The position numbers were made by a program, and so were the translations under genes. Below are positions 63,694 through 64,000 of a DNA stretch of 64,000 nt, piece by piece (position 1 is the stretch's first letter; the number at the start of each line of letters is the position of its first letter). Source of the DNA: Desulfobacterales bacterium (lineage in GTDB: Bacteria; Desulfobacterota; Desulfobacteria; Desulfobacterales; UBA2174); NCBI GenBank assembly GCA_963668645.2, contig CAXXWC010000021.1:1440001-1504000 (forward strand). The letters run 5' to 3'. Below the pieces are notes generated by a model. That model did not search any database, was not told where the DNA came from, and saw only the letters and a list, made by a program, of their open reading frames with translations.

Positions 63694-64000
63694 TCACCGG
63701 TAAAGAGATTCGATGGTCTGGTCGAAGTGCTGGTTGATCGCCTTGCGCTTTATCTTCAGCGTGGGCGTGATCTCGCCGTTGTCGATGGTGAAAGGCTCGG
63801 CGAGCAGGGCGAACTTGACGATGCGCTCATAGCTGGCCAACTCCCCGGAATGCTGCTCAATCCGTTTTTCGAAAAAGCGCACGATCTGCGGATTTGCGAT
63901 CAGCTCTTGCCGGTCGCCGAAGACGATACCCTCTTTGCGGGCATATTCTTCCAGGGCGACGAATTCAGGCACGATCAGGGCCGACACATACTTGCGCCTG
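63694..64000 (-). CDS. Long-chain fatty acid-CoA ligase, C-terminal part (5' partial)
   Basis: ALIVP, YERI..F.L, FTIDNGEITPTLKIKRKAI, IESLY. Confidence 0.88.
   Translation of the reverse strand, partial: RRKYVSALIVPEFVALEEYARKEGIVFGDRQELIANPQIVRFFEKRIEQHSGELASYERIVKFALLAEPFTIDNGEITPTLKIKRKAINQHFDQTIESLYR

Overview
GC-rich bacterial chromosome segment. The gene content (OFOR beta, rubrerythrin-like protein, corrinoid methyltransferases, DUF4416-yicC-remA-gmk-rlmB) suggests an anaerobic Desulfobacterota/deltaproteobacterium; this is an inference. 1-10 kb: housekeeping genes (GT4, Trm112-like, yicC, remA, gmk, rlmB, icd, comF, orphan OFOR beta, fumC). About 10-35 kb: visibly more AT-rich accessory catabolic clusters, namely (i) GntR + SSS transporter + MBL hydrolase + FAD/Fe-S oxidoreductase triad and (ii) a TRAP/corrinoid demethylase operon divergent from ilvD-panB-LarA-like-SDR. 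35-46 kb is the highlight: one minus-strand locus kaiB-kaiC-PAS/GGDEF-giant poly-HAMP hybrid kinase-cheR-response regulator. The regulator's C-terminal domain resembles the KaiA C-terminal domain, making this a candidate complete KaiA3/B3/C3-type timer wired to c-di-GMP, phosphorelay and methylation in a probably non-photosynthetic anaerobe. 46-64 kb: a decaying, IS-rich zone with an IS1634 remnant, broken TRAP genes, and two DUF4338-ISAs1 copies each with a 10-bp target duplication (one with a nested IS3), plus HU, a TauE-S1P-lyase-like-GltS operon, TetR and an acyl-CoA dehydrogenase. No rRNA, tRNA or CRISPR array was recognised. All family calls come from motif recognition by eye, not database searches.
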